The notes below the pieces were generated by a model. That model was not told where the DNA came from and made no database searches. It saw only the letters and a list, made by a program, of their open reading frames with translations. 64,000 nucleotides of DNA from Candidatus Kerfeldbacteria bacterium (GTDB lineage: Bacteria > Patescibacteriota > Patescibacteriia > SBBC01 > CAIJZX01), in NCBI GenBank assembly GCA_903825245.1, contig CAIJZX010000016.1, forward strand, positions 66,100 through 130,099. Reading direction: 5' to 3'. A program made the position numbers and the translations under genes. Below are positions 48,496 through 57,912 of the stretch, piece after piece (positions within the stretch are counted from its first letter, which is position 1; the number at the start of each line of letters is the position of its first letter).

Positions 48496-49509
48496 TTACC
48501 GGGTAGCTAAAATACTGCGCTTGTAGGACTCTAAATTATCCAAGGCTATGCCGGTACCGCGCGCGACGCACAACAATGGCTCGTCCGCCACGTACGCCGG
48601 CACGCCGATGGCTTGCGCTAGTAATTTATCAATCATCCGCAATTGCGATGAACCGCCGCTTAAGACCATACCCTTATCCATCACGTCGGCTGAGAGTTCC
48701 GGCGGCGTATCCTGCAAGACGTTCTTTACCGCCTGTATAATACCGGCCAACTCATTTTGAATGGCTTCAGTAATATCATCAGACACAATCACCACCGTTT
48801 TCGGTAAACCGGAAATCATGTCGCGACCACGCACTTCCATGGATAACTTTTCTTCTAGCGGCAAGGCGCTGCCAATGCTTATCTTCACTTCTTCCGCCGA
48901 GCGTTCGCCAATAGCTAGTCCATACTTTTTTCGCACGTATTCCTGAATCGCATAATCCAATTTATTTCCGCCAATGCGAACGGAAGTGTTGACCACAATA
49001 CCGCCGAGAGAAATTACGGCAATTTCCGACGTGCCACCACCGATATCAATAATCATGTGCCCCGACGGCGAACCGATGGGAATGTTTGCGCCGATTGCCG
49101 CGGCGATCGGTTCCTTAATGATGTAGGCTGCCTTGGCTCCGGCCGCGAGCGTCGCGTCAATAACCGCGCGTCGTTCGGTTGAGGTAATGCCGCCCGGTAC
49201 GGCGATCATGACTTCTGGTCGAAAAAAACGAACACCACCGAGCGCCTTATTAATGAAGTATCGCAACATGGCTTCGGTAATCCGGTAATCGGCAATCACG
49301 CCGTCTTTCAACGGACGTGAAGCAACAATAGTATCCGGCGTACGGCCGATCATTTCTTTCGCCTCATCGCCGACTGCCAACACCTTTTTATCAATCAGCG
49401 ACATCGCCACCACCGACGGTTCGTTCAAGACAATACCGCGGCCCGGAAGATGGACCAATGTATATGTCGTACCCAGATCGATGCCGACGCGGCGAGTAAG
49501 AAAACTCAT
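48496..49509 (-). CDS. Second MreB/Mbl-like actin homolog
   Basis: Same actin-fold motifs (DLGTTYTLVHL, DIGGGTSEIAV), about 45% identical by eye to the mreB at 42433-43488. Confidence 0.8.
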   Translation of the reverse strand: MSFLTRRVGIDLGTTYTLVHLPGRGIVLNEPSVVAMSLIDKKVLAVGDEAKEMIGRTPDTIVASRPLKDGVIADYRITEAMLRYFINKALGGVRFFRPEVMIAVPGGITSTERRAVIDATLAAGAKAAYIIKEPIAAAIGANIPIGSPSGHMIIDIGGGTSEIAVISLGGIVVNTSVRIGGNKLDYAIQEYVRKKYGLAIGERSAEEVKISIGSALPLEEKLSMEVRGRDMISGLPKTVVIVSDDITEAIQNELAGIIQAVKNVLQDTPPELSADVMDKGMVLSGGSSQLRMIDKLLAQAIGVPAYVADEPLLCVARGTGIALDNLESYKRSILATR

Positions 49510-49521
49510 GTCGAACGATGA

Positions 49522-51498
49522 TTAGAAGTTAACTGAGATGGATCGATCTTGACTGAGCGAACCGGTAAACGAGAGTGCACCTTGACTGAATTTCGATTGA
49601 TTGTCAAGTCCGTCCGTTGATTTTGGTCGCGCCGATAATCCGGTCACCGACAGATTAATTGTGGGCGTTAACATCCCGGCTTCTTTTTGCCATGCTAACT
49701 TGTACGCGCTTTGTTTAAATTGTGCGGTTACGTTATCTGGCAATTTGTACACCAATTTCAAATCGGAAGTTGTTCCCGGCTCGATTGACTTGAAAGCCGA
49801 GAAGACCGTTTTTCCTAATTCCGTCGTCGTCGTCACCTGCCCAGCAGCGTTCGACTGTTGACGAATTTGCGCACCGGAACTACTAACGAGTGTCGAGCCG
49901 CTCGGAACGTAGACGCGAACAAACGTGTTATACCTCGTTATCAGATAACTTGTTCGCCAATCAAACTTGCCGGTGTTGTGGTAATGAATCGTCAAGGTCG
50001 CAGTTCCCGTTTTCGCGTCGACTTGATAATCGTACGTGCGTTGCATAACGCTATCAGTTTTTAAACTGGCTAAGTTCGCATCCGCGACCAAAATTGAATC
50101 AACGGCCGGTGTTTGGCTGATAGCTCCCCCCCAATTTTGCTGGACAATCAAACCCTGCAGTGCCGTATCGTTCATGTACATCAGGAATTGTTTTTCATTC
50201 AGCTGTTGGCTAAGTACCAGGAATACATCCTTCCATTGGGCAATTGGTAATTTCATTAATCGATCAACCAATTCCTTGGTCATATTGCCGATAATATCCT
50301 TGCGCTGAGCATCGGTTAACCCGGCGACTTTAAAATCCTTATCGACATACTGTTGTAAACGGTCGGTAAAGTTGTCGGCGGTAAATTGTATGCCACTAAC
50401 CGTGATCGGACCTACCAGTTTAAGCAGGGCACTAATCATCGTCGGGGTAATAGCAATCACGCCGTCAACATTTTTCTGTCCGCCTTCACGCTGGTAGAAG
50501 AATAGCGCCTGTGCCGCTGACGTCGGAAAATCAGGCGACCAGTTACTATCACGGAAATACCACACGTTTTGTTTTAGGTATTTCTGCAAGGCATCCGGCG
50601 GCTTGATGACTGATAAACTTTTGGCATTGTCGTCAAGATTGTAACTGTTATCGGTCTTCATGGATACGATTTCTCCCGACGCGACTTTCATGATGCCGTA
50701 GGTGCCAATGAATCCTCCACCCGGACGAATTTCCGTGTTATTTTCGAGTAAGAACAAATACGTCTTTTGCGTTGGATACCCGAGCACCGCTGGTAAAATG
50801 TGCGTGGCTGGAATTGCTTGGTCAAAGGCTTGAAGAATTGCCGGGAATTGCTGTTTGAACGGTACAATGACTTTTTTCAACGGACCGGCTAATCCCTTAC
50901 TCGGAACGTTGTCCAATTTTTTTCCGGCTTCGTGCATCGCGTCGCGCGCGGCTTGCAAATCCCCTTCTTGCGAAGCCATATTGCCAAGCAATATTCCTTT
51001 TTGCTCGGTGGAAATTGTGGCTAAGCTGATTTTCCCCTGACCGGCGAACGGTGCAAATAAATGCACCATGAAGTCAATTAACGGCGTGGCCGCATTAAGC
51101 GACTCTTTCCCGACGTCGACCAGCGCCACGCCGGCTTTGTACTGTGTGCCGATATATGGCCAGTATTGTAATCCCTTGGCTTGTTGCAAATGTTTACCGA
51201 TGACTGCGACATTATTCTGCAATGATTTTGTATCGGCTTTCGCTGCGTCAAAATTTTGTTCACTGACATGCGACGAAAGCAGTTTGGCTGTTACTTTCGC
51301 CTTCTGCGCCTCGTCGTACACAGGTTTCAGCTTCGGATAGTAATATCCGGCAATAATCAGGAACAAGCCTAATACGCCGCCAATGCCGATTGACGTCCAT
51401 TTCATCCACGGTCGCCAGCGACGACGCGAACTTTTCGGAGCTGAAGGATTCAGTCGGAGATTCGGTTTACGGAAGAAGCGTCGCCAAAAGGGAATCAT
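49522..51498 (-). CDS. DUF4012-like membrane-anchored extracytoplasmic protein
   Basis: Single N-terminal TM helix, with the YLFLLENNTEIRPGGGFIGTYG motif recalled for the DUF4012 family. Confidence 0.5.
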   Translation of the reverse strand: MIPFWRRFFRKPNLRLNPSAPKSSRRRWRPWMKWTSIGIGGVLGLFLIIAGYYYPKLKPVYDEAQKAKVTAKLLSSHVSEQNFDAAKADTKSLQNNVAVIGKHLQQAKGLQYWPYIGTQYKAGVALVDVGKESLNAATPLIDFMVHLFAPFAGQGKISLATISTEQKGILLGNMASQEGDLQAARDAMHEAGKKLDNVPSKGLAGPLKKVIVPFKQQFPAILQAFDQAIPATHILPAVLGYPTQKTYLFLLENNTEIRPGGGFIGTYGIMKVASGEIVSMKTDNSYNLDDNAKSLSVIKPPDALQKYLKQNVWYFRDSNWSPDFPTSAAQALFFYQREGGQKNVDGVIAITPTMISALLKLVGPITVSGIQFTADNFTDRLQQYVDKDFKVAGLTDAQRKDIIGNMTKELVDRLMKLPIAQWKDVFLVLSQQLNEKQFLMYMNDTALQGLIVQQNWGGAISQTPAVDSILVADANLASLKTDSVMQRTYDYQVDAKTGTATLTIHYHNTGKFDWRTSYLITRYNTFVRVYVPSGSTLVSSSGAQIRQQSNAAGQVTTTTELGKTVFSAFKSIEPGTTSDLKLVYKLPDNVTAQFKQSAYKLAWQKEAGMLTPTINLSVTGLSARPKSTDGLDNQSKFSQGALSFTGSLSQDRSISVNF

Positions 51499-52304
51499 AA
51501 GCTATGGGGTGGGTTAGGTTGACCGCGATACTTGCGGAAGTATTTTACCCAACTTTTGACATGAAGTCGAGCCGGATAGGAGAAGAGAACACCAAATGCG
51601 CCGACAGAGGCCGATGGACGTTGATGATAATGCACCATTTCCGCCGTCGGCACATATTCCACCGACCACTCTTTCAGCCAAAAGCGCCGACATACGTCAG
51701 TATCCTCGACAAAGAGGAAGAAGTGTTCATCAAATCCACCCACCTCGTCGAGCGCCGACCGGCGCATAAATAGCGCCGCACCGAGTGCCCACCCAACCGG
51801 CCGTTGATCGGCATGATTCCATTCTTTCATCAAAAAACGATTGATTGCTTTCCGCGGACCGGGTAGGTTACCAAACGGCGTGCGCCGCCACAAGGCCATA
51901 AAAAAGTTCGGGAAACGGTAGACCGACAGTTGTGTCGTGCCATCAGGATTAATGAGTTTCGGCACGGCAATTCCCGCTCGCGGATGTTCGTCCATGAATC
52001 GATGCAATGCCACCAGTGCTTCAGGAAAAACCGCCACATCGGAATTGAGGGTCATGACATATCTTCCCGTCGCGATAGCAAAGCCCTTATTCATACCGGC
52101 GCCAAAACCGACATTGCTCGGCGATACGACCAGCCGCACGTGCGGAAAGTGCTGTTGCACGAGTTCGACACTGCCGTCTTGTGAATCATTATCAACGACG
52201 ATTATTTCATACTCAAATGGTAACGAACATTCGCTAATGCCGCGCAGACACTGCTTGAGCAAGCCTTTCGTTTTATAATTGACGATGACAATCGAAAGTT
52301 CCAT
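51495..52304 (-). CDS. Family-2 glycosyltransferase
   Basis: LSIVIVNYKT...VDNDSQDGS GT-A N-terminus. Confidence 0.75.
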   Translation of the reverse strand: MELSIVIVNYKTKGLLKQCLRGISECSLPFEYEIIVVDNDSQDGSVELVQQHFPHVRLVVSPSNVGFGAGMNKGFAIATGRYVMTLNSDVAVFPEALVALHRFMDEHPRAGIAVPKLINPDGTTQLSVYRFPNFFMALWRRTPFGNLPGPRKAINRFLMKEWNHADQRPVGWALGAALFMRRSALDEVGGFDEHFFLFVEDTDVCRRFWLKEWSVEYVPTAEMVHYHQRPSASVGAFGVLFSYPARLHVKSWVKYFRKYRGQPNPPHSL

Positions 52305-52318
52305 AGTTGTGTCTTGTT

Positions 52319-53356
52319 CTAGCTCTGTTCGCCGATAAACCAGCGTCGGACCTCAAGCGCCGAACGTTTGGCTTGGTGATTGATAACCTTTGCTTTGCGA
52401 CGCATTTTTGGCCATAACCGGATCGCATCCAGTATAGCATTGATACTTGGCTGGCGGGTAAAGGTTAGAAAAACGAATTTCTTCACCTCATACACCTTCA
52501 TCCATAACATATCACGCCACAATGTTGACCATCGTTCGTTCTTCATCAGTACCAAATAATGATTTCGATAGGAGTAGTAACTATTCAACCGCGTTCGACT
52601 GCGATGATTCTTCGCTATCAGTCGATCGCTCGTCGCGGAAACGCCTTTGATGCCGCGATAATGCCGCGCCACCGCTCGCGGATCGTACCAGGCATTCCAA
52701 CCCATACGTTGCAATCGCCAGCTCAAATCAAGGTCGTCTTTGTAGGCGAAGATGTCATTATCAAACACTTCATCAAGATACGTCACGCTTTCGAGTGCCG
52801 ATCGGCGATACATAACGCAAGCGCCGCTGAATCCGAATACTTTTCCCGCTGTGTCATACTGGCCATGATCTGTTTCCCCGCTTCCCCGGTCGGTCGTGTG
52901 ACGATTGCGGCGGACGAGCAATCCGCAACTGTCTATTATATCGGATGGCACTACATCTTTCATATCGTCGATGGTATACGAAAAACGTAACGTCTTGCCA
53001 CCAAACGAACTTGCGGTTGCATCATGTTTCAGAAATTCTAAACCGCGCTGAATCCAATTGTCGCCCAGAATAACATCCGGGTTGAGCACCAAAACAAATT
53101 CACTTGAAGTCAATCGCAGCGCTTGATTGTGGCTCCGGCAGTAATGCCAGTTTCGCGTATTTCGCAGGAGGTGAAATTGCGGATAGTGTTCGGCAATCCA
53201 CGGCACCGTTCCGTCAATCGATGCATTATCGACAATCATCACCTGCATCTCCGGCGTCAATTGTTTCGCCACCGCATCAAGGCAAGCCGCAATGTGCGTC
53301 ATGCTGTTCCAGGTAACGATGTGGATGGAAAGAGTAAACTTAGACGCCATAGGCAA
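52319..53356 (-). CDS. Family-2 glycosyltransferase
   Basis: LSIHIVTWNS...VDNASIDGT GT-A N-terminus. Confidence 0.75.
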   Translation of the reverse strand: MPMASKFTLSIHIVTWNSMTHIAACLDAVAKQLTPEMQVMIVDNASIDGTVPWIAEHYPQFHLLRNTRNWHYCRSHNQALRLTSSEFVLVLNPDVILGDNWIQRGLEFLKHDATASSFGGKTLRFSYTIDDMKDVVPSDIIDSCGLLVRRNRHTTDRGSGETDHGQYDTAGKVFGFSGACVMYRRSALESVTYLDEVFDNDIFAYKDDLDLSWRLQRMGWNAWYDPRAVARHYRGIKGVSATSDRLIAKNHRSRTRLNSYYSYRNHYLVLMKNERWSTLWRDMLWMKVYEVKKFVFLTFTRQPSINAILDAIRLWPKMRRKAKVINHQAKRSALEVRRWFIGEQS

Positions 53357-54734
53357 AAATCGCGGTCAACATCAGCCAACCCAATCCAAGCGGATGATTG
53401 AGGTACGGCGTAGTCAAGTGAATGACTAGTAATGCAATACCGCCAATCATGAGCGGCAACGCCCAAGCTTTCGTTTTCATTTTTCGAAAGAGCGTGAACA
53501 GCCACCACACATACAGCACCATCCCGAGCAATCCGATCTTCAGCCACAGATCCAGATAACCGAGCTCGAAGGCAAATGTCGTGCGCCAGCCGTGAACAGT
53601 CGGATCGGTGCTGAAGTATGTAACGGTTTGGCCAAAGCCACTGCCGATAACCGGATGGCGGCCAATCGCTTTCAGTAACGGTTTGAATTGCTTCGTCCGA
53701 GCGGTCGCCGCATTTTCCGATCCGGAACCGTTGAATCGCGAACCGACCGCAGCGTCACTGCCGTGAAGAGAAAATGCCGGCCAGCTAATCGCCCAGACCA
53801 TCATCGCCCACGCAAATATTCCCAGCGGCACGACAATCCACCATTTTTTCAGTTCGCGCCATGAACGGCGACGTAAACTGATGACGATAAGCACGATTCC
53901 AGCCGCCGTTAAACCAAGCCAAAAACTTCTCGACAAACTGATGTACACCGCCAACGCCGAAAACGCCATCGGCACCAACCACCACCGCGGCGTACGCTGA
54001 CGTAGCCAAATGGCCAATGAACCGAGCACAACAAGCACGCCATAAATTTGGCTCTGCAAAAAAACCCGATAAATATTGTTATTGATGTACGTCACTTCAC
54101 CTAAACCACTGTTACGAATCCAAGAGTACCAATGATGAATGTTCGGCAATGTTCGGGCGAACAGCAACACGAATACCCAGCTCATAAGTCCAACAATTGT
54201 TGCTCCACCGAGCAAGACCGCGATGACCAGTTCTTTCCATCGTTCGTCTTGGCGAAGCAATACCCACCACGCCGGAAGCAATGCCAGAAACACAAACGCA
54301 TTCGCATCGCTGTAGATTGCACCGAGATGAATCCCGCGAACGAGCGCAACGACAATGGCAACAATTAACCAACCGATAAAAGCAAGAAAAGCATTCGAAA
54401 GAATACTTTTCCGTAATTCACTCCATTGCTTCAGCACCAAAGGAATCGCTGTAATCAGAACGATCGCAAATACTATCATCCGCAGTGAAATGTTCGTACT
54501 GCCAAGATGCAGTGACAATACATATCCTTTCCCGCCAGTCACTAGTTCACCGATCGACATCAATGCTAACCACGCCGGTCGTTTCCAAGCCACAACCGCA
54601 CTTGTCAAAATTGCCAGTATAGCAATCGATTGCGCCCAAACAAACCCATACGTACCAATCCACGACAAAATCAACAGCAACACTGCAACACCAATCACCA
54701 TACAATACTGTTTGAATGAAGGAAGTCGAATCAT
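53340..54734 (-). CDS. O-antigen ligase/polymerase-family polytopic membrane protein
   Basis: About 11 TM helices plus a large loop with Wzy_C-like periodicity. Overlaps both flanking GT genes. Confidence 0.55.
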   Translation of the reverse strand: MIRLPSFKQYCMVIGVAVLLLILSWIGTYGFVWAQSIAILAILTSAVVAWKRPAWLALMSIGELVTGGKGYVLSLHLGSTNISLRMIVFAIVLITAIPLVLKQWSELRKSILSNAFLAFIGWLIVAIVVALVRGIHLGAIYSDANAFVFLALLPAWWVLLRQDERWKELVIAVLLGGATIVGLMSWVFVLLFARTLPNIHHWYSWIRNSGLGEVTYINNNIYRVFLQSQIYGVLVVLGSLAIWLRQRTPRWWLVPMAFSALAVYISLSRSFWLGLTAAGIVLIVISLRRRSWRELKKWWIVVPLGIFAWAMMVWAISWPAFSLHGSDAAVGSRFNGSGSENAATARTKQFKPLLKAIGRHPVIGSGFGQTVTYFSTDPTVHGWRTTFAFELGYLDLWLKIGLLGMVLYVWWLFTLFRKMKTKAWALPLMIGGIALLVIHLTTPYLNHPLGLGWLMLTAIFAYGV

Positions 54735-55591
54735 CGCGGTTTAAACAAACTCTGTATGATAGTTAGTACATAACTGATTGGCATTAACACATACAACACC
54801 GCGACTTCCCATGGTTGCCAATATTTTTTTGCATACCGTAATAAGCTTTTCAGTAGCCAGACGTGTTTTGCTAGGCTGACGTGTTGAATAAAGCTTTTTC
54901 CACCGTGATGAATAATCTGGGCAGTCGGGAGATAGACAATATCCTTGCCTGATTGTTGAATTCGACTGCAGAGATCAACTTCTTCAAACCAAATCCAGTA
55001 GCCTTCATCAAACGTGTTACCGGCGAGCAGAACACCACGCGGTATAAACAATGCCGCGCCCATCAATTGCTCAACAATTTTCGGCTCCTTGTCGGTCATC
55101 GGCACATCCGCCATGTACCGTTTCAACGGCGGAATAATTTTGTAGAGCATCCGCAGTTTCAATAGCACAAAGAACTGATCAGCGAGGCGCGGAAATCTTC
55201 GCACCGACGGTTGATGCGTTCGATCGCTATTCAACAACTCCGGTCCGATACAACCCGCTTTCGGATGCGTGGACGCATATTGTACCAGCGCCGGAAACGG
55301 ATCGTTGATAAACTCGGTATCCGGATTGAGGAAAAAGACATACTTGCCTGACGTTCGTTCCCAACCTTGATTATTCGCGCGCGCAAAACCGGCATTGGTG
55401 GCGTTAGCAATGACCGTAACGTTTGGAAATTTCTGGCGTACCATCTCGACCGTCTCGTCGGAGGAATGGTTATCTACCACAACAACCTCGTGCGGCGTCC
55501 GTACGAACCGTTCAATGGACTGTAGGCAATCGATCAGGAGATCGCGGACATTCCAACTGACAATGACGATACTGACCTCGGGATCAGACAT
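54731..55591 (-). CDS. Family-2 glycosyltransferase
   Basis: VSIVIVSWNV...VDNHSSDET GT-A N-terminus. Confidence 0.75.
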   Translation of the reverse strand: MSDPEVSIVIVSWNVRDLLIDCLQSIERFVRTPHEVVVVDNHSSDETVEMVRQKFPNVTVIANATNAGFARANNQGWERTSGKYVFFLNPDTEFINDPFPALVQYASTHPKAGCIGPELLNSDRTHQPSVRRFPRLADQFFVLLKLRMLYKIIPPLKRYMADVPMTDKEPKIVEQLMGAALFIPRGVLLAGNTFDEGYWIWFEEVDLCSRIQQSGKDIVYLPTAQIIHHGGKSFIQHVSLAKHVWLLKSLLRYAKKYWQPWEVAVLYVLMPISYVLTIIQSLFKPR

Positions 55592-55633
55592 GCTGAAGCC
55601 ACTTTAGCACGCCATAAGCCTTTCGGCAAGTCA

Positions 55634-55736
55634 ACCCAGCACCACAATGGGGACGGCTATGGTCATCAAATTAGGAGATTTAAAAACAAAATACACATTT
55701 TTTGAAAAACACAAATTTTGCATTGTGGTGCTGGGT
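55634..55736. repeat. Perfect 16-bp inverted repeat (ACCCAGCACCACAATG / CATTGTGGTGCTGGGT) around a 71-bp AT-rich spacer
   Basis: Arms at 55634-55649 and 55721-55736 are exact reverse complements. The repeat sits at the left edge of the AT-rich island. Confidence 0.8.
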
Positions 55737-55802
55737 CAAGCTAGCACCACTATGGCTTAATTGAAATGACGTACTAACGATTCCCTTTTTGCTCGGTTAT
55801 GC

Positions 55803-57377
55803 TTATTCCAGCCGATCTTTAAAAAACTGCCTTAACTCAGGATCAACAATATATACATATGTTCCTTCAATTCCACGAGTCAAAAGAGTTTTATATATAT
55901 TGATTATATATCGCTCAAGTTCTTTTGGGTCATCTGTTCCACGCTTACCATTCATATCAAAATATTTTTCGACGTGTATTTCAAATTTTCGATATGTCTT
56001 GTTGTAACTAATCTCTGGGCCAATAATCACTCCGGCATAATTTAAATCGTAGCCCTGAACCGTATGAATACAACCCACTTCATTAATAGCGTTTTTAGAA
56101 TTAACCCAGTTTTGATTAACACTATTCCACTTTAATTGCACTCCATCAATTTCAATGTCATGCATACTTGGATCTTTTTTTGAAATCCAAGGCCAAGCAT
56201 ATCCGGAAATAACCCTGCATAACTCCATTTCTCTATCGCGATGCTTAATATCTGACACCATTTTCTCAATATTGTCGTAAATCTGAAAATCATATTTGGT
56301 AAACGTCTCGGGTTTAGCGTCAACAACGTCAAATATATTTTGAATAAAGCTTATGTACTTTTCACCTTCTTCCCCCGCTCCAACTCTCATTTGAGTATTC
56401 AGAGTATACTGCTTAGCTTTTAACCTAGGATAAATTTCGTGATTGATGTCGGATGGTCGAACATGTTGGCCTTTATCGTAAAACAGGATTTGTTGTTTTG
56501 AGGAGCGCAGAATCCAATCAAGTTCGTTGCCATTATTTCCTAACCCAAGTTTTTTATTAGTAATATCAAAACTGGCGTAATTGGTGATATTTTTTCTTTG
56601 ACGTAAACGATGTGCTTCGTCAATAAGCAATAAATCATATTTTTTGTTAACTACTTCGTTCGGCCCAATAACCATGTTCGATTTCAATCCAGTAACATTT
56701 TGGAATACTTTTTTTAGTGTTTGACGCAAAGACGTCATTGGCACTACTAATGCAATTTCAAGATTTTTTGTTTCTTGAATTTCCTTTAGCGATTTCATAA
56801 GAAAGGTCGCCAAAATAGTTTTTCCCGTGCCAGGGCCACCGTTGATGATAAAAGTCGATGATGTACCCATTCGGATTTCTTCGAGTAGTGAAGTAACAAT
56901 CTCTCTTTGATCGTCTGTAAGTGCTTTATACGGTGAATATTTAAATACGTCACTATTCTTTATTTGCACTAAATCTTTCTTTGCTAATGACATTTCTTGT
57001 AACTGAACCCATAGCCGTTCAAACTTAGCCTGGTACTTCTGGCGATCAAAATAATTATGGTTTAACAATCCCTGATTTCCATTCTGCAACGTAAAAAGTC
57101 CATCAGCAGCCATAAACTGTATAAGCGATGATTCTATATCAAGTGTTGCGGATTTATTGTATTCTTCATCGGTTATTATATGCATTCTGTCGAGCTTGCG
57201 ACGCTCGGGATTATCATAGTGTTGATTGCCTCGGTTGAACGCATTTACAGTTTCTCCGATGTAAATCTCTTTTTTATTTTCTAATATATAAACAACGGGC
57301 CAGTTGCGCCCGAAAGTATACGAACGAATTTTCTCGAATTGCTCCTTGCTGAAGGAAAATGTTTCTATCTGAGACAT
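55803..57377 (-). CDS. GIY-YIG nuclease domain fused to a DUF2075/SF1-helicase-like P-loop ATPase
   Basis: N-terminal WPVVYILENKKEIYIGETVNAFNRGNQH (GIY-YIG). Walker A INGGPGTGKT, Walker B LLLIDEAHRL, C-terminal helicase-like region with HTVQGYD. About 33% GC against a window background near 50%. Confidence 0.7.
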   Translation of the reverse strand: MSQIETFSFSKEQFEKIRSYTFGRNWPVVYILENKKEIYIGETVNAFNRGNQHYDNPERRKLDRMHIITDEEYNKSATLDIESSLIQFMAADGLFTLQNGNQGLLNHNYFDRQKYQAKFERLWVQLQEMSLAKKDLVQIKNSDVFKYSPYKALTDDQREIVTSLLEEIRMGTSSTFIINGGPGTGKTILATFLMKSLKEIQETKNLEIALVVPMTSLRQTLKKVFQNVTGLKSNMVIGPNEVVNKKYDLLLIDEAHRLRQRKNITNYASFDITNKKLGLGNNGNELDWILRSSKQQILFYDKGQHVRPSDINHEIYPRLKAKQYTLNTQMRVGAGEEGEKYISFIQNIFDVVDAKPETFTKYDFQIYDNIEKMVSDIKHRDREMELCRVISGYAWPWISKKDPSMHDIEIDGVQLKWNSVNQNWVNSKNAINEVGCIHTVQGYDLNYAGVIIGPEISYNKTYRKFEIHVEKYFDMNGKRGTDDPKELERYIINIYKTLLTRGIEGTYVYIVDPELRQFFKDRLE

Positions 57378-57382
57378 CAGGA

Positions 57383-57769
57383 TTACAGTTCGTTGTACTT
57401 TTTATCACTATCCTTCGCCTTCTCAATAGGATATTTCTTTGCGTTCAATTCCATTTTCTGTTTAAACGCCGATTTAATATCAATACCGAGGTCGTGGCTG
57501 AGGAGCAATACCCAATACAAAACATCACTTAGTTCCTCACCAAGATCTGTTTTATGTTCTTTTAGATATTTTTCTAAATGTTCGTTATTTTTCCACTGAA
57601 AATGTTCTAATACTTCGGTCGCCTCAAGTACTAAAGACAACGCCAAATCCTTCTCGTTATGAAACTGCTTCCAGTTCCGATCGTTTCGAAACTTGAGGAT
57701 AATATCGGTCAGTTCCTGAATATCAGTCATACTGCGTAAAGAACTCGTCGTTCTTTGCCCGTTTGGCAT
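57383..57769 (-). CDS. MazG-like all-alpha nucleoside triphosphate pyrophosphohydrolase
   Basis: EATEVLEHF and ELSDVLYWVLLLSHDLGIDI motifs of the MazG/HisE-like NTP-PPase fold. Ends 5 bp before the downstream ATPase gene on the same strand. AT-rich. Confidence 0.6.
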   Translation of the reverse strand: MPNGQRTTSSLRSMTDIQELTDIILKFRNDRNWKQFHNEKDLALSLVLEATEVLEHFQWKNNEHLEKYLKEHKTDLGEELSDVLYWVLLLSHDLGIDIKSAFKQKMELNAKKYPIEKAKDSDKKYNEL

Positions 57770-57912
57770 TGGTGAGATTGCTGTTAGCCATAAGGAAATG
57801 GTACGCCTTTTTCGCTAAGAAATCAATAAAAACTACTTATTGACAAGCCGATGCTTTTGGTGTATCATTCCTCTACTAAACGTAGGCCGGATATCTCGTA
57901 TGTCCGGCCGGT

